From NCBI GenBank assembly GCA_963845535.1, contig CAWJSK010000018.1:1-64000 (forward strand): DNA of 64,000 bases, read 5' to 3'. This DNA comes from an uncultured Spirochaetota bacterium. GTDB taxonomy: Bacteria; Spirochaetota; Spirochaetia; SZUA-6; Fen-1364. Shown here piece after piece: positions 30,239 to 40,266 of the stretch. Position numbers and translations under genes: made by a program. Within the stretch, counting starts at the first letter, position 1. Each line of letters opens with the position of its first letter. The notes under the pieces are model-generated. The model was not told the DNA's origin and searched no databases. It saw only the letters and a list, made by a program, of their open reading frames with translations.

Positions 30239-30454
30239 TCAGCGGAAAGGAGACAAAAGCGCCCGGGCTTCACCTTGATATTCTGGGCGCTTCATGGTTG
30301 GACAGCCTTTTTCGGTGTGCTTGCCACCCTTTCTGTCCCAGAACACGCCGGGCGGGCCGCTTTGGGCGGCCGAGCCAACCCCTGGTGCGATCTTCAGGGG
30401 AGCCGTCGGTGCGACATCCACACCGCACCAAGGACAACGCCGATACTCCGCCAT
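30239..30454 (-). CDS. Small CxxC protein, copy 2
   Basis: Near-identical N-terminal 55 aa to 12670..12855. Confidence 0.55.
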   Translation of the reverse strand: MAEYRRCPWCGVDVAPTAPLKIAPGVGSAAQSGPPGVFWDRKGGKHTEKGCPTMKRPEYQGEARALLSPFR

Positions 30455-30559
30455 AAGAGCCCCCTGCTTTCGATGGTCGTTCAAAGGGAGTATAAACCAC
30501 ACGGAAGGCCTTCAGAAAGTCTCGTCATGGCCTGCTACGCGCGAGCTGAGACGCCAGAT

Positions 30560-30830
30560 CCCGCACACTCATGGTTTTACCGAAGGCCCGGAAGGGCTAA
30601 AAAATATTGTTTAAGGTGTAACGAAACAGAAAGCCGCGAAGGCGCTCCACGTACCCTACCCTGGCCGGGCCGCGAGATCTATTATGATGCGCGTCAAGCC
30701 GTAGCGCACCACACCTCCCACAGAGCAAAACTGAAAAGCATCAGGGCTGGACCCGTGAAATGAATACACGGCAGGCGTCCAGAAAACCTCACCACGCTCC
30801 ACCACGCGCGTCGTCTAAGCAAGATTTGGA
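30560..30830 (+). pseudogene. Internally deleted copy of the 4611-5840 integrase module, with an IS110 right end inserted
   Basis: Upstream motif, last codons (KALHVPYPGR) and downstream flank align to 4620-4695 and 5695-5835. Confidence 0.7.
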
Positions 30831-30927
30831 GCGCTTGCAACCCGTAATTGATGACTCCTAAAGAAAGTTTTTTTGACTTTGTTTGGATTGTCCAACAGTG
30901 TCAGGCTCGCTAAGATAAAGCCCACAA

Positions 30928-31875
30928 ATGAAAGCACCCCGAGTCCTCAATTTTTCAAAAGCTCCCGCCGTTAAGGATTGGTGGAAAGACAAAATCATCT
31001 GCGGTGACTCACGCGAGGCGCTGCACGCGATGCCGAATGAATCCGTTCACCTGGCTATCACATCACCGCCATACAATGTCGGCCTCGAATATGACTCGCA
31101 CAACGACAAGATGCCATATGCGGATTACCTGAAATGGTTAATGGGCTTTTGGGCAGAGCTCTATCGCGTCCTTGTTCCCGGCGGAAGATTTGCACTCAAC
31201 GTTGCCCCAACTAGCATCAAAGACTTTCGCCCAGTTCATTACGATATGGCCCGCGACTTGATGCAACTGGGCTTCATCATGCGGACAGAAATCCTTTGGT
31301 ACAAACAGACGATGCGTCGCCGAACGGCATGGGGCTCCTGGAAAAGTCCACGTAATCCACATATGGTCCCGAGCTGGGAGTATGTTCTTGTGTTCTGCAA
31401 AGGATCATGGGCGCTCGAGGGCGACAAAGCTGACGCAGACATAACTTCTGAGGAGTTCATCAAGTACTCTGATGCGTTCTGGGCCATTCAGCCAGAAACG
31501 CGCGGTCGGCAACCCTTCCTGAATAGTCTCTACCCACCTCGCAGGGGTCGAAAAGCCCCAGAGCAGAAGAAGGGAGGGCACCCCGCCCCCTTCCCCGAGG
31601 AGTTGATCAAACGACTGATCAAGTTCTACAGCTACCGGGGCAACGTTGTGCTCGATCCTTTCGGTGGAACGGGTACCGTCGCCGCCGTCGCGTACAGATA
31701 CAATCGTCACTTCGTTCACTTAGACATATCGAAGAAGTACTGCTCGATCGCGGCGCAACGTGTTGCAGCTGAGGCGAAGCCGCTATCCGAGAAGGTACCA
31801 GCCAGCAAGTCGACCAGCCCTTCAGCTCCCGCTTTACTCCAGCAAATGCCTCGAAAGAAAACCAGGCAAAAATGA
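30928..31875 (+). CDS. Site-specific DNA amino-methyltransferase (beta class, N4-C/N6-A)
   Basis: ITSPPY precedes HPAPFP and VLDPFGGTGT. Confidence 0.93.
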   Translation: MKAPRVLNFSKAPAVKDWWKDKIICGDSREALHAMPNESVHLAITSPPYNVGLEYDSHNDKMPYADYLKWLMGFWAELYRVLVPGGRFALNVAPTSIKDFRPVHYDMARDLMQLGFIMRTEILWYKQTMRRRTAWGSWKSPRNPHMVPSWEYVLVFCKGSWALEGDKADADITSEEFIKYSDAFWAIQPETRGRQPFLNSLYPPRRGRKAPEQKKGGHPAPFPEELIKRLIKFYSYRGNVVLDPFGGTGTVAAVAYRYNRHFVHLDISKKYCSIAAQRVAAEAKPLSEKVPASKSTSPSAPALLQQMPRKKTRQK

Positions 31876-31906
31876 GCGCAATCCAGACCTCCGAGGCCTG
31901 CCACCG

Positions 31907-32707
31907 ATGAGCGGCTCCAACTACTATAGCAAGATCAGAGGCGAGTTGATCGATTTTGGGAAAAACGCTGTGGCGGACGTGGGCAGGATCATGACCTTAG
32001 TGCAAAGTCTGATGATTCCAGAAAAAGAAGTCATGAAAGTCGTCCAAGATATCTATATCGCCCATTATCAGGCGGTTAACGGAGTGGATGCGAATAAAGC
32101 ACGCCAGAGCTGGGTTGCCGCCAGCGGGAACAACTTCGAAGACTTCATGCGCCACTTCATCAACGACAACCTTAACGCTGAGGGCATTCTTGCAGTAAAG
32201 GGCGATCGTTTGAGGCAAAAGCCGCAAGCAATTAAGATTGTTGAGTTCCTTACCCTCAAGGCAAATCGCCGTTGCACTCAAACAACAACCGGAGTCTGGC
32301 CTGATTCAGACATCGTGGTGCTGACGAAGGAAAAGACAGGAGCTCTTAAGGCCTTCGCTCTTCTAAATTGCAAGACAAGCGATCATAGCAGAAACGATGC
32401 AGTCCTCTTTTGGGCTTTGGCGCTACGTGACAATAACATCAAGTATTGTCTCTTAACCCAGGACCTCGACAAGCGATTCGCCAAAGGAGATTCTGATCCA
32501 CAAGTCAGCAACCTGCGAAAAAAAGCAGAAGCATTTCTCGACAGAGTGTACTCCACCAATCCTACAACTACGGAATGTTCGCAGGTAAAGAGATTGGATT
32601 TCAGGACTCCGGGTGGGGCTGATTCCTTGTTAATGGATCTTCGCCATTGGCGCCAGGATGTAGTGCCCAATTTTGTATTGGAAACCTTGGAAGAGAAGTC
32701 TCTTTAG
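31907..32707 (+). CDS. Probable type II restriction endonuclease (BsaWI-like PD-(D/E)XK)
   Basis: Follows the MTase; RQSW..SGNNFE, PDSDIVV, NCKTS. Confidence 0.7.
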   Translation: MSGSNYYSKIRGELIDFGKNAVADVGRIMTLVQSLMIPEKEVMKVVQDIYIAHYQAVNGVDANKARQSWVAASGNNFEDFMRHFINDNLNAEGILAVKGDRLRQKPQAIKIVEFLTLKANRRCTQTTTGVWPDSDIVVLTKEKTGALKAFALLNCKTSDHSRNDAVLFWALALRDNNIKYCLLTQDLDKRFAKGDSDPQVSNLRKKAEAFLDRVYSTNPTTTECSQVKRLDFRTPGGADSLLMDLRHWRQDVVPNFVLETLEEKSL

Positions 32708-32961
32708 AGAGCCGAGCGAACCTGATTGTTTACTCCACGAATCCCCGCAGCTCCCCCATCAGGCAAGAGTTTCTAAAGCCATCAACGGGTGACTCAGAGG
32801 CGTGAGGCAGACCCCCTACCCATTGCCCGCGTCATTTGGCAAGAGCGATTCACAATAGGTCCTTGTCGTGAGAAAGTGCGTTTTAACAGTAAGCGAGTGG
32901 CGAACCCCACCTGTTGCGGCGCAGCGAGCTAGGCCATAGTCCCTCCTCGAGGAGGGACACG

Positions 32962-33267
32962 ATGAAGCACGACCGGGAGTTCTGGACTCGTCACGTTGAG
33001 AACTGGCGGGCAAGCGGGCTGACACAGAAAGCGTATTGCACTCGCCGCCGGCTGGCGAAGGGAAGCCTGGGCTACTGGGCATCGACACTGGGGCGGCGGA
33101 AGGCAGCGGTGACGGACCTGGTGGAGGTCGGACGTACCGAGGTCAAGCCGCCGCAGTCGAACTGCCCTATCGAGTTGGCCGTGCAGGGTGGGTATCTGCT
33201 TCGGCTGTGGCCGGGGGTGGAGCCCGCACACCTGCGCCTGGTGCTCTCGGTGCTGGAGCGCCGCTGA
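32962..33267 (+). CDS. tnpA: IS66 accessory protein TnpA
   Basis: FWTRHVENWRASGLTQKAYC. Confidence 0.88.
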   Translation: MKHDREFWTRHVENWRASGLTQKAYCTRRRLAKGSLGYWASTLGRRKAAVTDLVEVGRTEVKPPQSNCPIELAVQGGYLLRLWPGVEPAHLRLVLSVLERR

Positions 33268-33620
33268 TGATCGGCTTGGAGGTCAAAGAGGCGCGGGTCT
33301 TTGTGCGGCCGGGCCGCACCGACATGCGCAAGCAGATCAACGGGTTGGCCGTAATGGCGGAGCAGGTGATGGAGGCCAGCGTCTTTGAGCCTTCACTGTT
33401 TCTGTTCTGCAACGGTGAGCGACGCATTCTGAAGGCGTTGTACTGGGATCGCAATGGGTTTTGTCTATGGCAAAAGAGACTGCAGAAAGATCACTTCCCC
33501 TGGCCTCGAAGCAGCGAGCAGGCCCGCTTGGAGATCGACACGGAGAAGTTGCGCATGCTGCTGGAGGGCATCGACTTCTGGTCGGCACACCAGCCGTTGA
33601 GCTACCAGCGAGTGAGCTGA
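33267..33620 (+). CDS. tnpB: IS66 accessory protein TnpB
   Basis: TDMRKQINGL..FLFCN..LKALYWDRNGFCLWQKRL. Confidence 0.92.
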   Translation: MIGLEVKEARVFVRPGRTDMRKQINGLAVMAEQVMEASVFEPSLFLFCNGERRILKALYWDRNGFCLWQKRLQKDHFPWPRSSEQARLEIDTEKLRMLLEGIDFWSAHQPLSYQRVS

Positions 33621-33686
33621 AAAAAGATAGCCGAAAGCGGGAGAAATCATTGCCTTCGATCATTGGGCTGTGATACTCTGCCCCGC

Positions 33687-35222
33687 GTGGAGGGGAACGT
33701 CGAGACGCTCGTGCTGGAGAACGCGCAGCTGCGGCGAGAGATTGCCGAACTTGCCAAGCGCGTGGAGATCCTCGCCGAGCAAAACGCGTGGCTGAAGCAG
33801 CGGTTCTTCGGGCGCAGCAGCGAAGCGCTGAGCCTCGAGGAGCAGCGTCAGCTAAAGCTGTTCGACGAGGCGGAGCTTGCCGCCGCAGAGTCGGAGAGCA
33901 CACGGGGGCAGCTCGACCTGGTTCGCATTCCCGAGCATGTGCGGCAGCAGCCCAAGCGGAGACCGCTACCGCAGGCCCTCCCGCGAGTAGAAGTGATCAT
34001 CGACATCCCCGAAGAGCAGAAGCACTGTGGCTGCGGCGCTGAGTTGGTGCGCATCGATGAGGAATCCAGCGAGAAGCTGGACGTGATTCCTCCGCAGCTT
34101 CGGGTGATTCGTACCATTCGACCGATGTACGCCTGCCATGTCTGCGAAGGCTCTGGGGATGAAGGACGGCCGGCGGTGCGTATCGCGCCGATGCCCCCCG
34201 CGATTATCGACAAGGGAATCGCAAGCGCAGGGTTGCTGGCCTACATCGTGACGAGCAAGTTCTGTGACTCTCTGCCGCTGTACCGCCAGCAGAAGCAGTT
34301 TGCGCGCATCGGGGTGGAGCTGTCCCGTCGGACGATGGCCGACTGGATGATCGCGGCCAGTGAAGCGTGCGCTCCGCTGATGAAACTCCTGGAGGTGAAA
34401 GTACGCTCGGGGCCGCTGCTGCAACTGGATGAGACACGCCTTCAGGTCCTGGGAGAGCCCGGACGAGCCAACACTGCGCTGAGTTACATGTGGGTCGCCC
34501 GTGGAGGGCCACCCGAGGCGCCGGTGATTCTGTACCACTATGCCCCCAGCCGCGGCACGGAGGTAGCAGTAGAGATGCTCGGGGACTACGAAGGCTACGT
34601 ACAGACCGACGGCTACGAAGTCTACGACCGAGCCTGTGACGGAGCGAAGAACGTGGTGCACGTTGGATGTTTTGCCCACGCACGTCGAAAGTTCCACGAT
34701 GCGCACAAGAACTCGAAAAAGGCGGGCAGCGCGGAAGAGGCCTTAGCGACGATCGCCGGACTGTACCGAGTAGAGAACCAACGGGAGCGCTACACGGATC
34801 CGCAGGAGTTTGCGGCCGAACGACGTCGGCAGGTGGAACCAATTCTGGCGGAGTTCCACACATGGCTGGAACGCCGAGCCGCTCAGGTTCCTCCCGAGAC
34901 GTTGCTGGGCAAGGCGGTCGGCTACACGTTGGGGCAATGGCCCAAGCTCATTCGCTATCTGGACCACCCTGCGATGACCCCGGATACCAACTTGGTCGAA
35001 GGGGCCATACGTCCCTTTGTGCTAGGCCGGAAAAATTGGCTGTTCTCGGGCAGCCCCCGAGGTGCTACCGCCAGCGCGGTGCTGTTCAGCATCATCGAGA
35101 CAGCTCGCGCGAACGGCAAGGAACCCTACTGGTATCTGCGCCAGCTCTTCGAGGCACTCCCAACGGCCCGTTCGGAGGCTGACATCCTGCGCCTATCCCC
35201 GTTCCGCTCCGCCGAGCCCTGA
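33687..35222 (+). CDS. tnpC: IS66 transposase TnpC
   Basis: FGRSSE, LPLYRQ, LDET, QTDGY, CFAHARRKF, GRKNWLFSGS. Confidence 0.95.
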   Translation: MEGNVETLVLENAQLRREIAELAKRVEILAEQNAWLKQRFFGRSSEALSLEEQRQLKLFDEAELAAAESESTRGQLDLVRIPEHVRQQPKRRPLPQALPRVEVIIDIPEEQKHCGCGAELVRIDEESSEKLDVIPPQLRVIRTIRPMYACHVCEGSGDEGRPAVRIAPMPPAIIDKGIASAGLLAYIVTSKFCDSLPLYRQQKQFARIGVELSRRTMADWMIAASEACAPLMKLLEVKVRSGPLLQLDETRLQVLGEPGRANTALSYMWVARGGPPEAPVILYHYAPSRGTEVAVEMLGDYEGYVQTDGYEVYDRACDGAKNVVHVGCFAHARRKFHDAHKNSKKAGSAEEALATIAGLYRVENQRERYTDPQEFAAERRRQVEPILAEFHTWLERRAAQVPPETLLGKAVGYTLGQWPKLIRYLDHPAMTPDTNLVEGAIRPFVLGRKNWLFSGSPRGATASAVLFSIIETARANGKEPYWYLRQLFEALPTARSEADILRLSPFRSAEP

Positions 35223-35999
35223 CCCGACAGGGGTGGGGTTCGCCACTCGCTTACTTTTAACAACCTATCGCAGATAGGTTGTATACTTGGCTTTGCGCTT
35301 GAAGGGGATGTTGAAGGATCGCCTTCGGCGCATTCTCTCGCAGGCACCGATAGAGGGCGCATCGGCACCCGTGTGGAAAGCGCGGTTCCCTTGTGCCGGC
35401 CGCTCTGGTGATGGCGCTTCACGTCCTCCGTCGGGGACCTCTTGTCAGCCGACGAATATGAAATTCCGTTCTGGTACTAGCGCGTCTTGCGCTGCTCGCC
35501 CTCAGCCCCGAAGACAGGCGGTTGATACTGATTTCGAGGAACGGGATTTCCGGAAGCCTAAGTATTTTCTTCGATCCGGGCTCTTCAGACTGACAACGCC
35601 TTTTTCGAGCGAAAGCTCGAGGTCCTTCGGGGCTACCTGAAAGCGCACGAGAAGGAGGAAAACGTGCCGTATGATCTTGTGCCCCCAACGGCGTCGATCG
35701 TGACTCTCCGCAGGCTTGAAAACGCCGAGTTGGGTAGCCGTGTCGGCGAGGAAGAGGTGGCGCAAGGATGAGGCTGTCAAACATGGTGGACCGAAGGCAG
35801 GTTATTGGCACAGCAGGCGGATTCTCGCGCACAAATTAAGGTCGATACACTTTCACAATCAAGTTCTTGGGCTGCGTTCTGCTGCTTCCCTGCGAAGCTC
35901 CTGCAAGGGAACAGTCTGTCCTGACGGCTATGTCGCTGCCAATTTTGCCGTGTCGACAGCCATAACGACTCGGCTTTTACCATCCTTAGAACATCCCTT

Positions 36000-36575
36000 T
36001 CACTTATTGTCTAAGGCCCGGGAAATTAGTCCGTCACTCCGCATTGCGGTTATGGTGTCTGCAATGATTTTGTCAACATCGTCGGAACTAATCGAACCAA
36101 TATAGTTCCCGGCCATTGCTTTTGGTGCATCAAATTTAGCCTTGGCTCGCCAAACAGTGCGACCGAGTTCTGCGTCCACGATAGTAAAGTCGAAAACGCC
36201 GCTGACAAGCTCCTTTTGCTGATTAACATTTTCTTCAGAAAGCCCTACAAGCATCACCACACTAGCACCAAAACCTTTCATGGCATTCTGCAATTCATCC
36301 TTGCTCAACTCCAAACCTCTCAGTCGCTTTCCCTTGGTTTCGATTCCTGCGGCGGCTAACTTCTTCTGCATGCTGTCGGCCAGATAGTCACCAAGTATAT
36401 CGCTGCTACCAATCGTTCCATCGTTCAAGTTGCTCTCTCCTGTGTCTACCACCAAGTAGAGGCGATCCAAGACCTTGGTATAGTCTTGGTCTTTCTTGGA
36501 TTCCACTGACATAGTCGACGCACAGGCTGCAAGAACGCAAACGGTGATAGTGAGCAGGATTAAGGACTTCCACAT
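36000..36575 (-). CDS. Hypothetical lipoprotein
   Basis: MWKSLILLTITVCVLAAC lipobox. Confidence 0.75.
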   Translation of the reverse strand: MWKSLILLTITVCVLAACASTMSVESKKDQDYTKVLDRLYLVVDTGESNLNDGTIGSSDILGDYLADSMQKKLAAAGIETKGKRLRGLELSKDELQNAMKGFGASVVMLVGLSEENVNQQKELVSGVFDFTIVDAELGRTVWRAKAKFDAPKAMAGNYIGSISSDDVDKIIADTITAMRSDGLISRALDNK

Positions 36576-36638
36576 GACAGGCCCTCCAGTGGCGTTTAAC
36601 TGATCCCGCTTTGGCACGACGGCTCCTTGCAGACACTC

Positions 36639-37577
36639 CTACACGAGCACCGTTATAGCAAGCCAGCCAAAGACTGCCAGGGGATAGAAGCAGGCTATGT
36701 TGAAGAACCGCAGCGCCTCGTCGGCGGCCTGCCGGCGGAGCCAGCGCGAGATCGGCACGAGAAGCAGCGCGACGCCTGCGGCGGTCGCCCCGGCAAGGTA
36801 GAACAGGGCTCGCGGCATGGGAACCACAAGGGGAAAGAGCAGGCTGAGGACGACCACGGCCGAAACGAAAGCAAAGGAAATCCACGAGGCCGCCTTCTGG
36901 CCATGCCGTACCGGGACAGTCTTGATGCCGAGGTGACGGTCCTCCTCGAGATCGCTCCAGTCGTTGGGAATGTTCCTGCCGCCGATTTCCCAGGTGAAGG
37001 CCCAGGCAAAGAACACGAGCACCATGGCGACGCTCGGAGCGACGTTTACCGCCCAGACGCCTGCCAGGCCGCCTACGCCTACCATCAGTCCCGAGAGCAG
37101 CCCTTTCCAGTAGCTCACGCGCAGGAGCTTGCAGTAGACCGTTTCGAGGATGAACGCCCCCGCCAGCAGGAACGCACAGCTTGGCCGCAGAAGGAACGCA
37201 AGGACAAGGGAAAGGAGGCCCCAGAACGCCACCCAGGCGACCCCCGCCCCATAGCTGAGGCTGTCCTGGGCGAGGGGGTGACGCTGCCCCATGGAATCGA
37301 GATCGAAGGTTGCGCGGTCGGATCGATATTTCACCATCTTCTCGCGATCTACCTTCACATCGATGACGTCGTTGAGCGCAAAGACCGAGGTGTAGCCGGC
37401 GAAGCCGGCGACCAGCCCCAGGATGATCGTGCGAGTCGACGGCGGGCCTCCGAGGAGCACGGCAGCCAGCGCGCCGCCCACCGCGGGATGAGCCACGTCG
37501 AGAACGGAATGCGTCATCCTCGAAAGCCCGAAGAACTGCTTGATTCCTATGACTTGGCGTACCTGCGCGGCGTCCAT
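36639..37577 (-). CDS. UbiA-family prenyltransferase
   Basis: NDVIDVKVD and NDWSDLEEDR motifs; multi-TM. Confidence 0.9.
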   Translation of the reverse strand: MDAAQVRQVIGIKQFFGLSRMTHSVLDVAHPAVGGALAAVLLGGPPSTRTIILGLVAGFAGYTSVFALNDVIDVKVDREKMVKYRSDRATFDLDSMGQRHPLAQDSLSYGAGVAWVAFWGLLSLVLAFLLRPSCAFLLAGAFILETVYCKLLRVSYWKGLLSGLMVGVGGLAGVWAVNVAPSVAMVLVFFAWAFTWEIGGRNIPNDWSDLEEDRHLGIKTVPVRHGQKAASWISFAFVSAVVVLSLLFPLVVPMPRALFYLAGATAAGVALLLVPISRWLRRQAADEALRFFNIACFYPLAVFGWLAITVLV

Positions 37578-37590
37578 GCAAACCTCCTCT

Positions 37591-38167
37591 CTATTGCCCT
37601 CGCGCTGATTGCGCCGGCGTCGTTGACTGCGCCCGGCCGCTTGATGTGGGCACTGCCGCCCTGCGTGCGCGGAACACCCCGTAGCGGCACAGGTCCCTGC
37701 CGAATGCGAGGCGCATCAACAGGAACGTGGGTACTTCCCGCAGGGACTTGATCAAGCCCAGCAGGCCGAAACGCAGGAGCCCCTCGGGTCGAAGGACGCC
37801 CTGCCAAATCGACCATAGTTTGTCCAGTCGGCCGTCTCCACGCCTCCTTCGACCAGCCCCGTGGCATCCAGCAGCTCGGAGAAGCCCTCGACACTGGCGA
37901 ACGCAGGATGCGACCACTGGTCGAGAAGTTGCCGCATCACGGGCTTTTCCCAGAAGTTCAAGGGGACCGCGCGTCCCTCTGGTTCCAATCCGCAAGCATC
38001 AGGATCCCCCCGGGCTTGAGCACCCGTATCAGCTCTCCGGCAAAGACTGCCTTGTCGGGCATGTGGGGTCCGGACGATTGGTAACGACGAGCGGTTACGA
38101 GATATAGGACGACGCCGATGGCGAGCAGCGCCGCAAGAACGCAGATCACGATCAGAAGCGCACTCAC
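37591..38167 (-). pseudogene. Internally deleted MPBQ/MSBQ-type methyltransferase
   Basis: LYLVTARRYQSS joined to GPHMPDKAVF; LNFWEKPVMRQLLDQWSHPAFAS; KSLREVPTFLLMRLAFG; SAM-binding region missing. Confidence 0.7.
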
Positions 38168-38606
38168 GAGGCGGGCACCTCGGTCCTGCCAGGAACGGTT
38201 TTATGGCCCGCCGTGGCCCATCTCGAACGGGCAAGAGGAATGTCCCTTGGCGGCAGTTCATGAGGGTCCCATTCTACTGGTACGGCACATCACGTCCAGG
38301 CGACAAGGTCGCACTATTACTTCCGGGAAGTTGTCCAGCCATCTCCGCCAGTGAGAGAACCTTAAGCACTGCTTAATCACCCACACTACCGTTTTGCCAC
38401 CAAACCGCCAACCGCAGGGACCATGTTGCTTTGTCATCATACACTAACCACAAGGCCCACGCTTCCTTATCCACTTTTCCACAATCTGATTTCTCGGATC
38501 TCGCTCTCTCCCAGACGCGGCGCTCGTTTCGGACGGCACACATTAACGCATAACATAAATTGCCGCTCGTCCCCGCCAGTCATATCATTACGGGAGTGAG
38601 GTTACC

Positions 38607-39524
38607 TTGAACAAGCTCGCCTTCCTCTTGATGTCGGCGCGACCGTGGTCCTTTTTTCTCAGCCTCGCCTCCGTGACCACCGGTTCGGTCGTCGCCTATG
38701 CCGCCGGTACCTTTCACATCGGCCGGTTCATAGTGGTGGAGATCGGGTCGGTGGTCATGCACGCGGGAATCAATCTGCTCAACGACTACTTCGACTTCAA
38801 GCATGGGGTGGACGACGGGAACGTCGCGACGAGCCAGTATCGGTCTCACCCGCTCGTCGAAGGGACGATGAAGCCGGGCCAGATCCTTGCCGGAGCTGCC
38901 GTCTGCTACGCACTGGCGATTGCTGCCGCTGCGTACATGGCGGCTGCGGTCGGCTGGCCGCTTGCGGTCATAATGGCCGCGGGGGTGCTTATCAGTTACT
39001 TCTACACCGCCGAACCGGTAAACTTCAAAAGGCGCGGGCTCGGCGAGCTTTCGATGTTCATCGCAACGGGACCCCTTATGGTGACCGGAGCCTACTTCCT
39101 ACAGACCGGTTCGTGGGACAACATCGGCAGAGTGGTGCTCATCTCTATTCCGGTGGGGATGTGGTGGTCGCTCATCCTTTCGGCCAACAACCTCAAGGAT
39201 ATCGATACCGACCGCAAGACGCTCGGCAGAACCGTCGCGAGCATGCTCGGCCGCCGGAGGGCGGTTCTTTTCTTTGCCTCTCTCGCGGCAGTTGTCTACG
39301 GCGGGACGCTCCTCGATATCTTGCTCGGGGTGATGCCGGTGTGGGCCGTCGCCGTTTATGTGACCCTTCCGCGCGTCATCGCGCTCGTCCGGCTCTTCTG
39401 GACCATCGATCGGATCCCTCCGAACGCCGATCCCATGACCGCACAGGTCGAGATCGTCTACAGTCTGCTGCTTGTCGCCTCGTTCGTGCTCAACCGATGG
39501 GTGCCACTCAATCTCTCGCTTTGA
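38607..39524 (+). CDS. menA: 1,4-dihydroxy-2-naphthoate polyprenyltransferase
   Basis: ARPWS, NLLNDYFDFKHGVD, FYT.EP..KRRGLGE, ANNLKDIDTD. Confidence 0.85.
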   Translation: MNKLAFLLMSARPWSFFLSLASVTTGSVVAYAAGTFHIGRFIVVEIGSVVMHAGINLLNDYFDFKHGVDDGNVATSQYRSHPLVEGTMKPGQILAGAAVCYALAIAAAAYMAAAVGWPLAVIMAAGVLISYFYTAEPVNFKRRGLGELSMFIATGPLMVTGAYFLQTGSWDNIGRVVLISIPVGMWWSLILSANNLKDIDTDRKTLGRTVASMLGRRRAVLFFASLAAVVYGGTLLDILLGVMPVWAVAVYVTLPRVIALVRLFWTIDRIPPNADPMTAQVEIVYSLLLVASFVLNRWVPLNLSL

Positions 39525-40230
39525 TGCCGGCATGGATATAGGCGATGCCTCCGGAAAGTCGAACGATCTCTATCCGACCGAGCCCGACTGACGTCATGAG
39601 CTTCGCGAGCGCCTCCTGGTCGAGGAACGCGTTGATGGACGAGTAGAGGTAGGCGTAGGTGGGCTTCCACCCCGAGATCCTGCCTCCAAGCGCCGGCATC
39701 ACGTGCTTCAGATACCACCGGTACGCGCGTCCGAACAAGGTGCGAGGCGGGGGAGAAAACTCGAGGATCATAATCTTTCCCCCCGGCCGCACCACCCGCG
39801 CCATCTCTCTGATGCCGCCTTCGAAATCGTTCAGATTACGCAGTCCGAACGCGATGGAAGCGGCGTCGAAGCTCGCGTCCGCCCACGGCAGCGAAAGGGC
39901 GTCACCGAGGACGAGCTCGATGCGATCCGAAAGTCCGGCTCGCGCCACTTTTTCGTGCCCGCGCGCAAGCATCTCGCCTACGAAGTCGACGCCGCTCACC
40001 CTACAGTCCCGGCAGGCCCGTGCAAACGCTATTGCAAGGTCGGCGGTGCCGGTTGCGATGTCCGCTACGCGGCTTCCAGGAGCCAGATTCGCCATGCGCA
40101 CCAAGCGCGTCCTCCATGCCCGATCTATAGTGAAGCTGAAGAGGTGGTTGAGAAGATCGTAGGTCCGCACCACGCGGGAAAACATGTCGTGCACATCGGT
40201 CGATCGATAAAGTGTGTCAATATCTTTCAA
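39508..40230 (-). CDS. menG: Demethylmenaquinone methyltransferase (UbiE/MenG)
   Basis: YDLLNHLFSF.IDRAWR, DIATGTAD, AFGLRN, YAYLYSSI. Confidence 0.9.
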   Translation of the reverse strand: MKDIDTLYRSTDVHDMFSRVVRTYDLLNHLFSFTIDRAWRTRLVRMANLAPGSRVADIATGTADLAIAFARACRDCRVSGVDFVGEMLARGHEKVARAGLSDRIELVLGDALSLPWADASFDAASIAFGLRNLNDFEGGIREMARVVRPGGKIMILEFSPPPRTLFGRAYRWYLKHVMPALGGRISGWKPTYAYLYSSINAFLDQEALAKLMTSVGLGRIEIVRLSGGIAYIHAGIKARD

Positions 40231-40266
40231 TTCATTCTCCTTGATTGCTCCACCTGCCTCGAGATG

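Larger units (their letters stand above)
32889..35254 (+). mobile_element. Complete three-ORF IS66
   Basis: 23-bp perfect TIR GTAAGCGAGTGGCGAACCCCACC; 8-bp duplication TTTTAACA at 32881-88 and 35255-62. Confidence 0.95.

Noticed and set aside
35263..35990. Gene interrupted by the second IS66
   Set aside because: Some protein-like stretches on the plus strand, but no continuous frame or family could be established.
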